Source: a virus. From it: a stretch of 64,000 bases of DNA. The stretch is from the IMG/VR virus record IMGVR_UViG_3300045988_115755. The stretch is one strand, 5' to 3'. Of this stretch, positions 28,134 to 36,503 are shown one piece after another. The position numbers and the translations under genes were made by a program. Within the stretch, counting starts at the first letter, position 1; each line of letters starts with the position of its first letter. The notes under the pieces were generated by a model. That model was not told the DNA's origin, ran no database searches, and saw nothing but the letters and a program-made list of their open reading frames with translations.

Positions 28134-29599
28134 AACAGACAAATCCAATGTTATTAATTGATTTTTATAAAGCAGTTCATGCTGAAATGTTACCAAAAGG
28201 TATTACAAAATCTGTTTCTTATTTTACTCCACGTATGAGCAGAGTAAAACGATGGAATGAAGTAGCCATGTTTGGATTACAAGGATTCATTAAAGAGTAT
28301 TTGGTCGATTATTTTAATGAGTATTTTTTCTTTGAATATAGAAACAAAGCAATTGGTACTTATAAGACAGTAATGGATGCAGCTCTTGGAGAAGGTACAT
28401 ATGGATTACAGAAAATCGAAGATTTATATGATCTTGGCTATCTTCCAATTGAGATTAAGGCTCTTCCTGAAGGAACTTTAGTACCAATGCATGTGCCGAT
28501 GTTTAGTATTGAGAATACACATAAAGATTTTGCATGGTTACCACAGGCATTAGAAAGCTTAATTTCCGCAGAAATGTGGCATCCGATGATCGCCGCAACT
28601 GTTGGACATACATACAGACAGATTGTTAATAAGTTCTATGAAATGACTTGTGATGACGATATTCTAAAATCTAAAGCATTAGGGGCTTTCGATTTTCGTG
28701 GCGAAGAATGTTTACAGTCTGCGGTTAAAGCAGGGGCAGGATGGTGTTTATCATTCTTAAATACTGCAACAGTTCCAACAATTCCGTATTTAGAGAGAAA
28801 TTATAACTGTGATTGCACGAAAGAGCCAGTTGCTTTTGGTAGTCCGTCTACTGAGCATTCGGTTATGTGTAGTAATTATGCGATTGACGGAGATGAAGAG
28901 ACACTGATTAAAAGATTGCTAACAGAGATTTACCCAAATACAAGCTTCTCCGCAGTGTTAGATTCTTATGATTATTGGAATGTTGTAGAGAATATTCTTC
29001 CAAAACTCAAGAATGAGATCATGAATCACAATGGATGTTTTCTTGTAAGAGGGGATTCAGGAGATTGTGTAGATGTAGTAACCAGAACAGTATTCAAGTT
29101 ATGGGAAAAGTTTGGCGGAATTACGAATAGTAAAGGATATAAAGTATTAGATCCTCATGTAAAAGCAATTTATGGAGACTCAATTACAGTGCAGAGATGT
29201 GAGCAGATTTATGACATCTTAGAGAAGAATGGATTCGCAGCAAACAATGTCGCACTTGGCGTAGGATCATTCTCATTCCAGTGTATCGAAGAAGATGGAG
29301 TTTTGAAGCCATTTACAAGAGACACATTCAGTAGCTGTATCAAAGCAACGTATTGTGAGATTGATGATAAACCATATCCAATTTTTAAGAATCCGAAAGA
29401 TGGTGGATTTAAGAAATCTCAGAGAGGTTTATGTCATGTCTATAAAGAATCAGACGGTAAATTGACATTTAAAGATGGATATACTTCAGAAAATCTTCCA
29501 ATGAATAATCTGCTTGAGACAGTATTTAGAGATGGCAAATTGGTAAAAGAACAGTCATTACAGGAAATTAGAAGAGTTTTAAACGAAGGAGAATTTTAA
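28130..29599 (+). CDS. nicotinamide phosphoribosyltransferase family (NAMPT/NadV-like; candidate Namat)
   Basis: 489 aa, N-terminal LLIDFYKAVH (variant of NAMPT DSYK motif); ATGA overlap with Prs-like gene. Confidence 0.75.
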   Translation: MKQTNPMLLIDFYKAVHAEMLPKGITKSVSYFTPRMSRVKRWNEVAMFGLQGFIKEYLVDYFNEYFFFEYRNKAIGTYKTVMDAALGEGTYGLQKIEDLYDLGYLPIEIKALPEGTLVPMHVPMFSIENTHKDFAWLPQALESLISAEMWHPMIAATVGHTYRQIVNKFYEMTCDDDILKSKALGAFDFRGEECLQSAVKAGAGWCLSFLNTATVPTIPYLERNYNCDCTKEPVAFGSPSTEHSVMCSNYAIDGDEETLIKRLLTEIYPNTSFSAVLDSYDYWNVVENILPKLKNEIMNHNGCFLVRGDSGDCVDVVTRTVFKLWEKFGGITNSKGYKVLDPHVKAIYGDSITVQRCEQIYDILEKNGFAANNVALGVGSFSFQCIEEDGVLKPFTRDTFSSCIKATYCEIDDKPYPIFKNPKDGGFKKSQRGLCHVYKESDGKLTFKDGYTSENLPMNNLLETVFRDGKLVKEQSLQEIRRVLNEGEF

Positions 29600-30111
29600 T
29601 GATTAAAATTATTGAAGGCGATTTGTTTGATACAAATGCGAAATTTATTTGTCATCAAGTAAATTGTGCAGGAAAAATGGGATCTGGGGTAGCGTTACAG
29701 GTACGACAAAAATATCCGCATGTATATAAAGAATATGAAAAAGTTGCTTCGGAAGATATGTTAGGGGAAGTACAGATCATACCAGTGAATTCAAAATTTA
29801 TCGGACATGAACCAGGAGATATTTGGTGTGGTATGAAAGTAAAAGGGTTCAGGGAAACACAATGGATTTGTAATTTATTTGCTCAAAAGAGTTATGGATA
29901 TGACGGCAAGCAGTATACTTCAAATGAAGCTTTGAGACAGTGCTTAAAAAAACTTGCAGGAATGGTGCATGAGAAAAACAATAACTTTGGACAAACAATC
30001 GCTATGCCATATAAAATTGGATGTTGTCGTGGAGGATCTGATTGGAGCGATGTTGCCAATATTATCGAAGAAGAATTTAAAGATTGTAATGTAGAATTAT
30101 GGAGGTTATAA
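29599..30111 (+). CDS. macro domain protein (ADP-ribose binding/processing)
   Basis: MIKIIEGDLFDTNAKFICHQVNCAGKMGSGVALQV matches macro domain N-terminal signature; TAATG overlap with upstream gene. Confidence 0.65.
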   Translation: MIKIIEGDLFDTNAKFICHQVNCAGKMGSGVALQVRQKYPHVYKEYEKVASEDMLGEVQIIPVNSKFIGHEPGDIWCGMKVKGFRETQWICNLFAQKSYGYDGKQYTSNEALRQCLKKLAGMVHEKNNNFGQTIAMPYKIGCCRGGSDWSDVANIIEEEFKDCNVELWRL

Positions 30112-30114
30112 AAC

Positions 30115-30885
30115 ATGAGTTTTAATGCAGCAGAAACCAAAGACAGATTAGTGCAGTGGATCAGAGATTGGTTTGAAATTAATGGTAAAGGATGTAATGC
30201 CATTGTAGGAATTTCAGGAGGCAAGGATTCATCAGTGGTTGCAGCCTTATGTGTAGAAGCACTTGGTAAGGATCGAGTAATTGGAATTATGATGCCACAG
30301 GGTGTGCAGAGTGATATTGAGTATTCTCAGATGCTATGTGATCATCTAGGAATTGAACATTACACAGTTAATATTTTTAATGCTTGCAGAGATATTAAAC
30401 ATGAAATCAGAGATGAATTAGGTGGTAAATGGAGTAAACAAAGTGCCACAAATTTACCTGCTCGTATCCGTATGGTTACATTATATGCTTTTGCACAGAG
30501 TATGAATGGAAGGGTCAGTTGTAATTGCAATTTATCCGAAGATTGGGTTGGATATGCGACTTATGGCGGAGATGGATTTGGATCATTTGCTCCACTTGCC
30601 GATCTGACTGTGACAGAAGTTAAAGCAATTGGTAAAGTTCTGGGACTTCCAACAGAGTTAATCGAAAAAACTCCTACTGATGGGTTATGTGGCAAGACAG
30701 ATGAAGATAATCTTGGATTTACATACGAAGTGTTGGATGAATATATCAGAACAGGTGAATGCAAGGATAAAGTAGTGAGACAGATCATTGATGAAATGCA
30801 TGAGAAGAATGTATTTAAACTTGCTCCAATGCCTAAATTTATATCTGGCATGTGGATCGAGGCAGGAATGGAGTTGGATGATTAA
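30115..30885 (+). CDS. nadE: NH3-dependent NAD+ synthetase
   Basis: PP-loop SGGKDSSVVAAL, about 256 aa. Confidence 0.75.
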   Translation: MSFNAAETKDRLVQWIRDWFEINGKGCNAIVGISGGKDSSVVAALCVEALGKDRVIGIMMPQGVQSDIEYSQMLCDHLGIEHYTVNIFNACRDIKHEIRDELGGKWSKQSATNLPARIRMVTLYAFAQSMNGRVSCNCNLSEDWVGYATYGGDGFGSFAPLADLTVTEVKAIGKVLGLPTELIEKTPTDGLCGKTDEDNLGFTYEVLDEYIRTGECKDKVVRQIIDEMHEKNVFKLAPMPKFISGMWIEAGMELDD

Positions 30886-30887
30886 AT

Positions 30888-31220
30888 ATGGAAGTTAAAG
30901 CAAAATGGACAGGTCGTGGTTTTGCACTCTGTATTGGAGAATGGAAGCTTTATGTTGATGGCAAAGATGTTACCGATAAGATTCCAGAAGACTTACGCAC
31001 AGAACCTATGAATACATATAAGAAATATGAGAGATGGTATTTTAAGGATGGGGTTGAAGAATGGGAGTCATATTATGACGGACTGAAACAAGATGAATGG
31101 ATTGAGTCTAATAAATATTGGTTAGATGAAATTACAACAGATATTGATGTTCAGCGCCAGATTTTCAAGGCAATCAACGAAGAGGATTTTCGCACTAATT
31201 CTTGTGGCGGATGTATCTAA
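30888..31220 (+). CDS. hypothetical protein
   Basis: 110-aa ORF. Confidence 0.45.
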   Translation: MEVKAKWTGRGFALCIGEWKLYVDGKDVTDKIPEDLRTEPMNTYKKYERWYFKDGVEEWESYYDGLKQDEWIESNKYWLDEITTDIDVQRQIFKAINEEDFRTNSCGGCI

Positions 31221-31279
31221 TAACAAGATTATAACACGAAGGTGTTATGATAAATAAATTTTAAACAAAGGAGATATTT

Positions 31280-32740
31280 ATGATTGAAGTAATTGGAACA
31301 GTGGTACCAGTGGTTGCTGCGGTAGGTGGTTTGGGAGCTATTATCGGTAGCGGTTATGTCAAAGCAAGTCCAGATAAAGCTTATATTATTTCTGGACTTA
31401 GAAAGACACCTAAGACATTAATTGGTAAGGCAGGGTTAAAAATCCCATTCTTTGAAAAAGCAGATCATCTTAATCTTGAGTTAATTCCAATTGATGTTAA
31501 GACATCAAGTTCTGTGCCTACAGCAGATTATATCAATATCAATGTAGATGCAGCGGTCAATGTAAAGGTTAGCAGTAATCCAGAAAGATTAAAACTTGCA
31601 GCAGAAAACTTTTTAAATAAGCCAGTAGGCAATATTGGACAGGTTGCAAGAGAAGTTCTTGAAGGTAATATGCGAGAGATCGTTGGAAAGATGAGTCTCG
31701 AAGAAATGGTTTCTGATCGTCAGAAATTTGCACAGCTTGTTACAGAAAATGCGAAGCCAGATCTTGCTGCAATGGGATTAGATATTATTAGTTTTAATGT
31801 TCAGAATTTTATGGATGATAATGATGTTATTGAAAATCTTGGTGTAGATAATGTTGTTAAAATCAAGAAGAAGGCTGCGATTTCCAGAGCTGAAAGCGAA
31901 AGAGATATTGAAAAAGCAAAAGCAATGGCTGAAAAAGAAGCAAATGATGCAAAGGTAGAGTCAGCAACAGCGATTGCAGAAAAGAATAACAATCTGGAGA
32001 TTAAAAAATCTGAGCTTGAAAAGATTTCAAAAGCAAAGAAAGCTGAGGCAGATGCAGCATACAAGATTCAGGAAGAAAAATCACGTAAAGAAATTGAAGT
32101 TGTAACTGCGGATGCTAATATTATGCGTCAGGAAAAGGAAATTGAACTGAAACGAAAAGACGTTGAGGTAACAGAGCAGACATTAGATGCACAGATCAAG
32201 AAGCAGGCAGAGGCTGAAAGATATGCTTCACAGCAGAAAGCAGATGCAGACTTATACAAGAAACAGAAAGAATCTGAAGCTAACAAATATGCCAAAGAAA
32301 AAGAAGCTGAATCTACAAAATATGCTATGGAGCAGGAAGCTGAAGGTATTCGTGCAAAGGGTGTAGCAGAAGCCGAAGCAATCAAAGCTAAAGGTATTGC
32401 TGAAGCAGAAGCAATCGAAAAGAAAGCAGAAGCTATGAAACAGATGGGTAAAGCATCTATTGTAGAAATGATGTGTCAGATGTTCCCAGAAGCAGTTAAA
32501 AATGCAGCCGCACCATTAGGAAATGTAGGAAGTATCACTATGTATGGAGAAGGAAACACAACAAAATTAACAAAAGATATTATGAATGTTGTGAATCAGG
32601 TATCAGATGGTGTTAAAGGATCTACAGGTGTTGATCTTGCAAAGATGTTAAAAGATTTTGTTTCTGGAGATAACGAAGTAGAATCTACAGATAATGAAAA
32701 TCTTGGAACGCCAGAGCCAGCAGATTACCGTGAGTTCTAA
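31280..32740 (+). CDS. flotillin-like SPFH/band-7 domain protein
   Basis: N-terminal TM helix then SPFH core with long Ala/Glu/Lys-rich coiled-coil flotillin-type repeat. Confidence 0.65.
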   Translation: MIEVIGTVVPVVAAVGGLGAIIGSGYVKASPDKAYIISGLRKTPKTLIGKAGLKIPFFEKADHLNLELIPIDVKTSSSVPTADYININVDAAVNVKVSSNPERLKLAAENFLNKPVGNIGQVAREVLEGNMREIVGKMSLEEMVSDRQKFAQLVTENAKPDLAAMGLDIISFNVQNFMDDNDVIENLGVDNVVKIKKKAAISRAESERDIEKAKAMAEKEANDAKVESATAIAEKNNNLEIKKSELEKISKAKKAEADAAYKIQEEKSRKEIEVVTADANIMRQEKEIELKRKDVEVTEQTLDAQIKKQAEAERYASQQKADADLYKKQKESEANKYAKEKEAESTKYAMEQEAEGIRAKGVAEAEAIKAKGIAEAEAIEKKAEAMKQMGKASIVEMMCQMFPEAVKNAAAPLGNVGSITMYGEGNTTKLTKDIMNVVNQVSDGVKGSTGVDLAKMLKDFVSGDNEVESTDNENLGTPEPADYREF

Positions 32741-32754
32741 TAGGAGAAATTATT

Positions 32755-33489
32755 ATGGCAATTATTATTATTTGTGTAATTGTAGCAATTATCGCATATT
32801 TACAATTTACTAAAAACGGAAAGCAGATTAAAAATGTGGCATCTGGAACAGTTACAGAAAAGATCAAAGAAAATGCAATGACTCCAGAGGGAGCAAGAGC
32901 CAGATATAATACTGCAATTAAAGAGAAACAGGACTTTTATAAGAAAACAATGGGTACATACACAACGGTAGCTGGTAGATTGGCAACAATGGAAGATGAT
33001 CTCAAAGAAACAAAAGAAGAAATTTCTAAAACCGAGGCAATGATCAACCAGTACATTGATAATCATGATGATAAAAAAGCAATGTATTATGCTCAAAAAT
33101 TAGCCACGCTAAAGGCACAGAAATCAGTGTACGAAAAGAAAATCCCAGAGTTGCAATCCACAAAGGATAAACAGGAAGAAATTAAAAACCAGGCATATGA
33201 TCAGCTCATCAAGTTAAAAGGCGAAAAAGATACTGTAGTTCTCCAGATGGAGGCAGATCAGCAGATTGCAGAATTACAGAAAAATTTAGATCAATATAAT
33301 AGTTCAAATGCTGCTCAGGAAGGTTTGGAAGAGGTTCGAGAAGGAGCAAAGAAACTTAGCGAACAAGCCAAAGGTGTTACCATTGCGTATGAATCTAGTG
33401 CAGAAACATTGGATTATCATATGGAACAAGAAGAGCGACAGCAGGAAGCTAAAGCCATATTAGATCAGATGAAAAACGCTCGTAAATAG
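32755..33489 (+). CDS. single-pass membrane coiled-coil protein (flotillin operon partner)
   Basis: N-terminal TM MAIIIICVIVAIIAYLQF then 200 aa of coiled coil. Confidence 0.45.
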   Translation: MAIIIICVIVAIIAYLQFTKNGKQIKNVASGTVTEKIKENAMTPEGARARYNTAIKEKQDFYKKTMGTYTTVAGRLATMEDDLKETKEEISKTEAMINQYIDNHDDKKAMYYAQKLATLKAQKSVYEKKIPELQSTKDKQEEIKNQAYDQLIKLKGEKDTVVLQMEADQQIAELQKNLDQYNSSNAAQEGLEEVREGAKKLSEQAKGVTIAYESSAETLDYHMEQEERQQEAKAILDQMKNARK

Positions 33490-33560
33490 CGGATAGACTC
33501 ATCTATAAAAAATTAATTTCACAAACATAAAACTGGCATTTGAAATAAAGTGCCAGTCAT

Positions 33561-33699
33561 GGAAACATAGCTTAGTTGGTAGAGCAGGCAATACATAAAC
33601 ATTCATTTTTCTACCTCCATATAAGTATTTTATTTATTTACATTTTATTTTTTCATCACATATAAATTGCCGACACAGGTTCGATTCCTGTTGTTTCCA
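33561..33699 (+). tRNA. tRNA-like gene, anticodon CAU (Met/Ile2 type) interrupted by about 68-nt AT-rich insertion in anticodon loop
   Basis: acceptor GGAAACA/TGTTTCC perfect 7 bp; D-arm GCTT-AGTTGGTA-GAGC; anticodon stem GGCAA...TTGCC separated by 75 nt; T-arm ACAGG-TTCGATT-CCTGT; discriminator A. Confidence 0.5.
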
Positions 33700-33739
33700 C
33701 TAAAAAAGACTTCAACCTAAATGGTCAAAGCCTTTTTGA

Positions 33740-33943
33740 TTAATCGTTTGGTATGACCTCGATAACATCTTCAACTTTGCAATCAAGATATAAGCAAATT
33801 TTATCAATGTTTTCGAGACTGATATATTGATTCTTTGCCATCTTAGCAATAGTACCAGAACCCATATTTAATGCGGTTCGTAAATCAGATTTTGTCATAT
33901 CTTTTTTCGCTAAAGTAACGAAAAGCGGTTTATAACTTATCAT
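33740..33943 (-). CDS. XRE-family HTH transcriptional regulator (Cro/CI-type)
   Basis: MISYKPLFVTLAKKDMTKSDLRTALNMGSGTIAKMAKNQ HTH; GGAGG RBS on minus strand; only credible minus-strand gene. Confidence 0.65.
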   Translation of the reverse strand: MISYKPLFVTLAKKDMTKSDLRTALNMGSGTIAKMAKNQYISLENIDKICLYLDCKVEDVIEVIPND

Positions 33944-33964
33944 ATGATATACCTCCACATCTAT

Positions 33965-33993
33965 ATTGTAGCATATTACATACAGGATGTAAA
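33965..33993 (-). promoter_or_regulatory. minus-strand promoter for XRE gene (TTTACA-17-TACAAT)
   Basis: reverse complement of 33965-33993. Confidence 0.4.
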
Positions 33994-34024
33994 ATAAAAT
34001 ATTCAAGAAGTTGAAGATTTTATA

Positions 34025-34053
34025 TTGACACTATATGCAAGAAGTGGTATATT
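34025..34053 (+). promoter_or_regulatory. sigma70 promoter with extended -10 (TTGACA-17-TGGTATATT), divergent from XRE
   Basis: TTGACA 34025-34030, TATATT 34048-34053. Confidence 0.55.
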
Positions 34054-34108
34054 ATATTCAACAAGTGAGAGATAAACTTTAAGAAATGAAATATGAAGGG
34101 GCGAGAGA

Positions 34109-34516
34109 ATGTCAAATAAAATTTACAGATATTATCAACCAAACGATAAAGATACAAAAGACAATCATTCAGATTGCGTGATTAGAGCATTAACAAAAGT
34201 TCTTAATAAAGAATGGTTAGCAACATTTGATGATTTATTACCATACGCAAGAGACATGCAGTGTATGCCATCAGAGCGAAAATGTTACGAAGAATATTTA
34301 TTTGATAATGGCTTTGCTTATCAAGGCATAAGCAACAGAAAGGGATCTAAACGACCAACAGTTGAAAGCTTTGCAAAAGATCATAAGCAAGGCAATTACT
34401 TGGTAAATGTTGCGAATCATGTAGTTGCAATTTCAGATGGTAATTACTACGATACTTGGGATTCTGGAGATTGTTGCTTGTATGGATATTACTATAAAGA
34501 AGAAGGAGAGAAATAA
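34109..34516 (+). CDS. hypothetical protein
   Basis: 135-aa ORF after GGGGCGAGAGA. Confidence 0.45.
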   Translation: MSNKIYRYYQPNDKDTKDNHSDCVIRALTKVLNKEWLATFDDLLPYARDMQCMPSERKCYEEYLFDNGFAYQGISNRKGSKRPTVESFAKDHKQGNYLVNVANHVVAISDGNYYDTWDSGDCCLYGYYYKEEGEK

Positions 34517-34804
34517 ATGAGAAAGAAAATTTTAGCAACTGTTCTAGGCGCAACAATTTGCTTAGGATCAATGACAGGATGTACCGCAGGATTCAAAAGA
34601 GAAGTTGTTGATATGAAAAGCAATTGGAATGGCGGTATGAATAGAGTCATTACAGTATACACGGCAGACGGTAAGAAGATTGCTGAATATAAAGGAAAAA
34701 TTGATATTGATACAAATGATGGTGGATATGTCAAGTTTGACTACAAAGGTAAGAGATATATTTATTACAACTGTTTTGTAGAAAGTATCGCAGATATTGA
34801 TTAG
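34517..34804 (+). CDS. lipoprotein
   Basis: signal peptide + lipobox LGSMTGC. Confidence 0.55.
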   Translation: MRKKILATVLGATICLGSMTGCTAGFKREVVDMKSNWNGGMNRVITVYTADGKKIAEYKGKIDIDTNDGGYVKFDYKGKRYIYYNCFVESIADID

Positions 34805-34831
34805 AAGTATAGAAAAAAGGAAGTGGATAAA

Positions 34832-35329
34832 ATGGGAATTAAAAATCTAACAGAAGCAGAAGAAAAAGAGTTTTACAGACTTGTTGAGAAAATGAATGGA
34901 AAAGAACCAGACAAGAAACAGGATGTAAAGGTAAAGAAACCAAAGTGTAGGCAAGAGTATTTTTTTGCCAATAGTCGTGGATGTGTTGAATGTAGTACAT
35001 GGCAAGATACAGTTGCAGATAACGAAAGATGGGAATTTGGAAACGTCTTTCTGACAAGAGAGAAAGCGTTATTTGATGTAGAAAAAAGAAAAGTAGAAGT
35101 TGAGTTGGAACGGTATGCAGATGAACATAATAGCAAGATAGTTAAAAAACGTTTTTGTATTCAATATGATGATGAGGATACAAAACAACTGAGTTGTGAC
35201 TTTTGGAGTTTAAAGTTACAAGGGGCGGTGATGTTTACGTCAAGACAGCTTGTATTTGATGCAATCGAAGCAGTAGGAAAAGAAAGAATTTTAAAATACA
35301 TCTTTGGGGTAGAAAGTGAGGGGAAATAA
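34832..35329 (+). CDS. hypothetical protein, paralog 1 of tandem pair
   Basis: GNVFLTREKALFDVEKRKVEVELERYADEHN vs next gene GNVFKTEKDTEFGIEKQKVKVELEQYAKEHN. Confidence 0.5.
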   Translation: MGIKNLTEAEEKEFYRLVEKMNGKEPDKKQDVKVKKPKCRQEYFFANSRGCVECSTWQDTVADNERWEFGNVFLTREKALFDVEKRKVEVELERYADEHNSKIVKKRFCIQYDDEDTKQLSCDFWSLKLQGAVMFTSRQLVFDAIEAVGKERILKYIFGVESEGK

Positions 35330-35863
35330 ATGAGTACAACAAAAACAATTGATATTTCGAAATTATCTGAAGCACAGCAGAATTTATTTAAATCATTATT
35401 TGATCAGTTTTGTGAAAGATCGGAACCGAAAGAAGAAACTAATCCATGTGGATTAAATAATGGGGATACGTATTATTTCATCACTGATGATGGACATATC
35501 TGTATGGCAAAATGGCAAAACAGAACTTCAGATTTTAGAAGATTAGCTTTAGGAAATGTATTTAAGACTGAAAAGGATACAGAGTTTGGTATTGAAAAGC
35601 AGAAGGTCAAAGTAGAGCTTGAGCAATACGCAAAAGAACATAATGATCCAGAGAAAGAAGAGTGGAATGGCATAAATCCACATTATACTATTAGATATGA
35701 TATTGGAGATGAAGCTTTAGTAAGATCATCAAATCATGTAGTAGAAAATATCAATGATATTTATTTCACTTCCGAAGATATTGTTAAAAATGCCGTTGAT
35801 TATATTGGAGCAAAACGCATCATGAAATATCTATTTGATGTTGATTGTGAGGTGGATGAATAA
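35330..35863 (+). CDS. hypothetical protein, paralog 2 of tandem pair
   Basis: shares internal and C-terminal blocks with 34832..35329. Confidence 0.5.
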   Translation: MSTTKTIDISKLSEAQQNLFKSLFDQFCERSEPKEETNPCGLNNGDTYYFITDDGHICMAKWQNRTSDFRRLALGNVFKTEKDTEFGIEKQKVKVELEQYAKEHNDPEKEEWNGINPHYTIRYDIGDEALVRSSNHVVENINDIYFTSEDIVKNAVDYIGAKRIMKYLFDVDCEVDE

Positions 35864-36300
35864 TGGTGATATTGGTACTTATAATCGCCATAATTGCTTT
35901 AATAATCTACAAAGGTTGCTTCTCTGGTGATTTTGATGTTGTGTTAATTCCGATTAACTTTGCTGTCATCGTAGTTTTATGTTTGCTACTGAGTAACTTG
36001 TATGAAAATCAAGGCGTCAATCAGAAAATTAAAATGTATGAAACACAAAATTGGCAACTTGAGAGAAAGATTGATGTGACTGTTAAGAGTTACATGAATC
36101 ATGAAAAGGATACATACAAAGAATTTAAAGCTGGTGATGGAATGGCATTGATCACAACATATCCTGAATTAAGAAGTAATGAACTTGTTAAAGAACAGAT
36201 GGATACATACCAAAGCAATTATCGCAAGATTGCAAAATTAAAAGAAAAAGAAATTGATTACAATGTTACTAAGTGGTGGATTTATTTTGGAGGAGAATGA
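35863..36300 (+). CDS. membrane protein
   Basis: two N-terminal TM helices. Confidence 0.45.
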   Translation: MVILVLIIAIIALIIYKGCFSGDFDVVLIPINFAVIVVLCLLLSNLYENQGVNQKIKMYETQNWQLERKIDVTVKSYMNHEKDTYKEFKAGDGMALITTYPELRSNELVKEQMDTYQSNYRKIAKLKEKEIDYNVTKWWIYFGGE

Positions 36301-36302
36301 TT

Positions 36303-36503
36303 ATGAAAGTTTTATATCATGCAAAACCATATAAAGTGTATGGAGTTTGCACAGACAAATGTGATTCTAGCAGTTGTGGAGACACTTATACAGCCTTTTT
36401 GATTTATCTTGATGAAGCATTTAGATGGTCATGGGTTAATGTTCGTGATTGTATACCATACAAAAAGAAAAAACATAAGAAGGAAGAGGGTAAACGATAT
36501 TAG
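36303..36503 (+). CDS. small Cys-rich protein
   Basis: ATG 36303 after GGAGGAGAATG. Confidence 0.35.
   Translation: MKVLYHAKPYKVYGVCTDKCDSSSCGDTYTAFLIYLDEAFRWSWVNVRDCIPYKKKKHKKEEGKRY

Noticed and set aside
31801-32385. Minus-strand ORFs of 87 and 85 aa, Ala/Ser-rich
   Set aside because: They lie antisense within the flotillin gene's EA-repeat region. They are low-complexity translations of the coding repeat, with no RBS.
33599-33666. Reading the insert in the tRNA as a self-splicing group I intron
   Set aside because: It is only about 68 nt. Bacterial and phage group I introns are over 200 nt with P1-P9 elements that are not visible here. It is retained as an unexplained insertion rather than called an intron.
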